From an uncultured Actinomycetes bacterium (GTDB taxonomy: Bacteria; Actinomycetota; Thermoleophilia; Gaiellales; Gaiellaceae), in contig CAWKLR010000026.1 in assembly GCA_963850485.1 (NCBI GenBank), positions 43,883-107,882 on the forward strand: a stretch of 64,000 nt of DNA, in the 5' to 3' direction. Under the pieces are notes generated by a model. The model saw only the letters and a list, made by a program, of their open reading frames with translations, searched no databases and had not been told where the DNA came from. Position numbers and translations under genes: made by a program. This document shows positions 62,399 through 64,000 of the stretch, piece by piece (within the stretch, counting starts at the first letter, position 1; every line of letters begins with the position of its first letter).

Positions 62399-63201
62399 AT
62401 GTCTAACGTCCCGGTCCTCTTTGAACGCGAATGACCTCCTGAAGCGCCACTATCCCGAGAGCGAGTATGGCGGTTTCAGCGACGTCGACGGAACGGTGGC
62501 TTTCTATACCCGGGTGAGAGCACTCCTCACGTCCTCGTCGATCGTCGTTGACGTCGGCTGCGGCCGCGGGGGCATGCTCGACGAGCCCGCATCGTTGCCG
62601 CGAGAGCTCATGTCGCTCAGAGGTTCCTGCGGAAAGGTAATCGGCGTCGATGTCGACGAAGCCGGCGCTTCCAACCAGCTGATCGACGAGTTCCGGCTGG
62701 TCGAGTCGGCGACATTGCCCCTCGAAACTGCCTCGGCTGACCTTTGCATCTGCGACTGGGTGGTCGAACACGTCGAAGAGCCGCCGAGCTTCTTCGCGCG
62801 AGTTGGCACGCGTTTTGCGACCGGGCGGCTATGTCTGCGTCAGGACGTTGAACCTCGTCAGCTACGTCGGCATAGCGTCGCGGATGATTCCCAGCGGTCA
62901 GCACGAGCGCGTATTGGCGTGGGCGCAGCCACAAAGACGCGACGTGGACATCTTTCCAACGCTGTACAGGTGCAATACGCGGCGTCGACTTCACCGAGTG
63001 CTCGATCGCTCCGGTTTCGACTCCTGCGTCTACGGCCACAACGGCGAACCGGCGTACTTCGGCTCGTCTCCGTTCCTCTACAGGCTCGGCGTGTGGTACG
63101 AGCGGCACGCTCCCCGTGCGGTGGCAGTGTCCCTTTTCGGCTTCGGCCGCCGGCGATCTGGAAGCGGCGCGCGGGTGTCCCGGCCTGCCGAAGTATCCTA
63201 G
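62399..63201 (+). CDS. SAM-dependent methyltransferase, frame broken near 62430 and 62800
   Basis: MSNVPVLFER / NDLLKRHYPESEYGGFSDVDGTVAFYTRV...VVDVGCGRGG...ICDWVVEHVEEP / ARVLRPGGYVCVRT... (ORF 62803..63201). Confidence 0.65.
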
Positions 63202-63205
63202 GTCG

Positions 63206-63953
63206 GTGCCCGCTCGCTACTCCGACCGCTACTACCGGCGGCTCGAAACAGGGATCGACGCGGTCAGCCCAGGAGACAGTTCCGCTCATACTCCGGCTCT
63301 TTCCCTCGAGAACGGTGCTCGACGTCGGCTGCGGTGCCGGTGCGTGGTTGAAGGCGTTTGCCGATGAAGGTTGCGACGTTTTCGGCATCGACAGCGACGG
63401 CATTCGAACCGAGAAACTCCTCATCGCCAGAGAGTCGCTGGCCATTTGCGACCTCGAGCAGCCGCTGCGACTCGATCGTCGGTACGACCTCGTGACATGT
63501 CTCGAAGTCGCCGAGCATCTCTCGCCCGGCCGCGCGTCGAGCCTGGTGGCCGATCTCTGTCGACTCGGTGACGTCGTCGTCTTCTCCGCCGCGGTTCCCG
63601 GACAGGGCGGAACGCACCACGTCAACGAGCAATGGCCGAGCTACTGGATCGATCTGTTCGGGCAGAACGGTTTCGAGCCGCTCGACTGCATGCGACACCA
63701 GATATGGACGAACGTAGCGGTGGAGTGGTGGTATGCGCAGAACGTCTTCGTATTCGTCCGGTCGACACGCATCGATGACTTTCCCGAGGCGTTGGCAGAG
63801 AGCAGAGCTCTACCGACGGACTTGGTGCATCCGCGTGCTTTCGTCCGGCTTGCCATCCCTTCCGAGATGACACCACGCATGCTCAAGGAAGTCGTACTCG
63901 CCCTTCCGCATTTTCCCAGCAAGATCGTGCAACGTTTTCGTAGAGTCGACTAG
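63206..63953 (+). CDS. SAM-dependent methyltransferase, frame broken near 63265
   Basis: VPARYSDRYYRRLETGIDAVS (frame of ORF 63116..63367), then QETVPLILRLFPSRTVLDVGCGAGAWLKAFADEGCDVFGIDSD...CLEVAEHL...VVFSAAVPGQGGTHHVNEQWPSYW (tail of ORF 61305..63953). Confidence 0.65.
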
Positions 63954-64000
63954 TTGTCCGCGGCGATGGCCCTCGCTCGATCGTCGCGCCTCGGAACGCC

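Overview
High-GC (roughly 68-70% by eye) chromosomal segment with Actinomycetota-like gene content; the lineage cannot be verified from here.

Left part (1-38 kb), mostly housekeeping and accessory metabolism:
- a permease / aldehyde dehydrogenase / saccharopine-dehydrogenase cluster
- a MoaD-like carrier paired with a BNR propeller
- nadB-nadC-nadA with a divergent NrtR regulator
- azlCD, rsgA, and a collagen-like/LTD secreted protein
- a csoR-copA-copZ copper operon with a perfect palindromic operator
- serS plus all four tRNA-Ser isoacceptors
- an integrase-only islet flanked by 65-bp tRNA-Ser repeats
- sugar-phosphate transferases, fabF, NHEJ-type ligase and primase-polymerase genes
- an amino-acid ABC transporter, two Thr/Glu-linker c-type cytochromes, clpS, tRNA-Ala and tRNA-Val

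Right part (38-64 kb):
- three giant secreted multidomain proteins on the minus strand; each ends in a 6-7 blade FG-GAP-type repeat module encoded by 120-bp tandem repeats
- two of these proteins share a 0.9-kb, about 99% identical lectin-like cassette
- a Wzx/Wzy-type glycan locus with three glycosyltransferases and four SAM methyltransferases

Main caveat: at least 35 reading frames are broken by single-base indels. Several of these can be traced to short homopolymer runs, so many ORF-track entries are fragments of one gene. I give whole-gene coordinates. I label a gene CDS when it has 1-2 breaks and pseudogene when it has many breaks or is truncated. All product calls come from reading motifs by eye. 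No database search was run.
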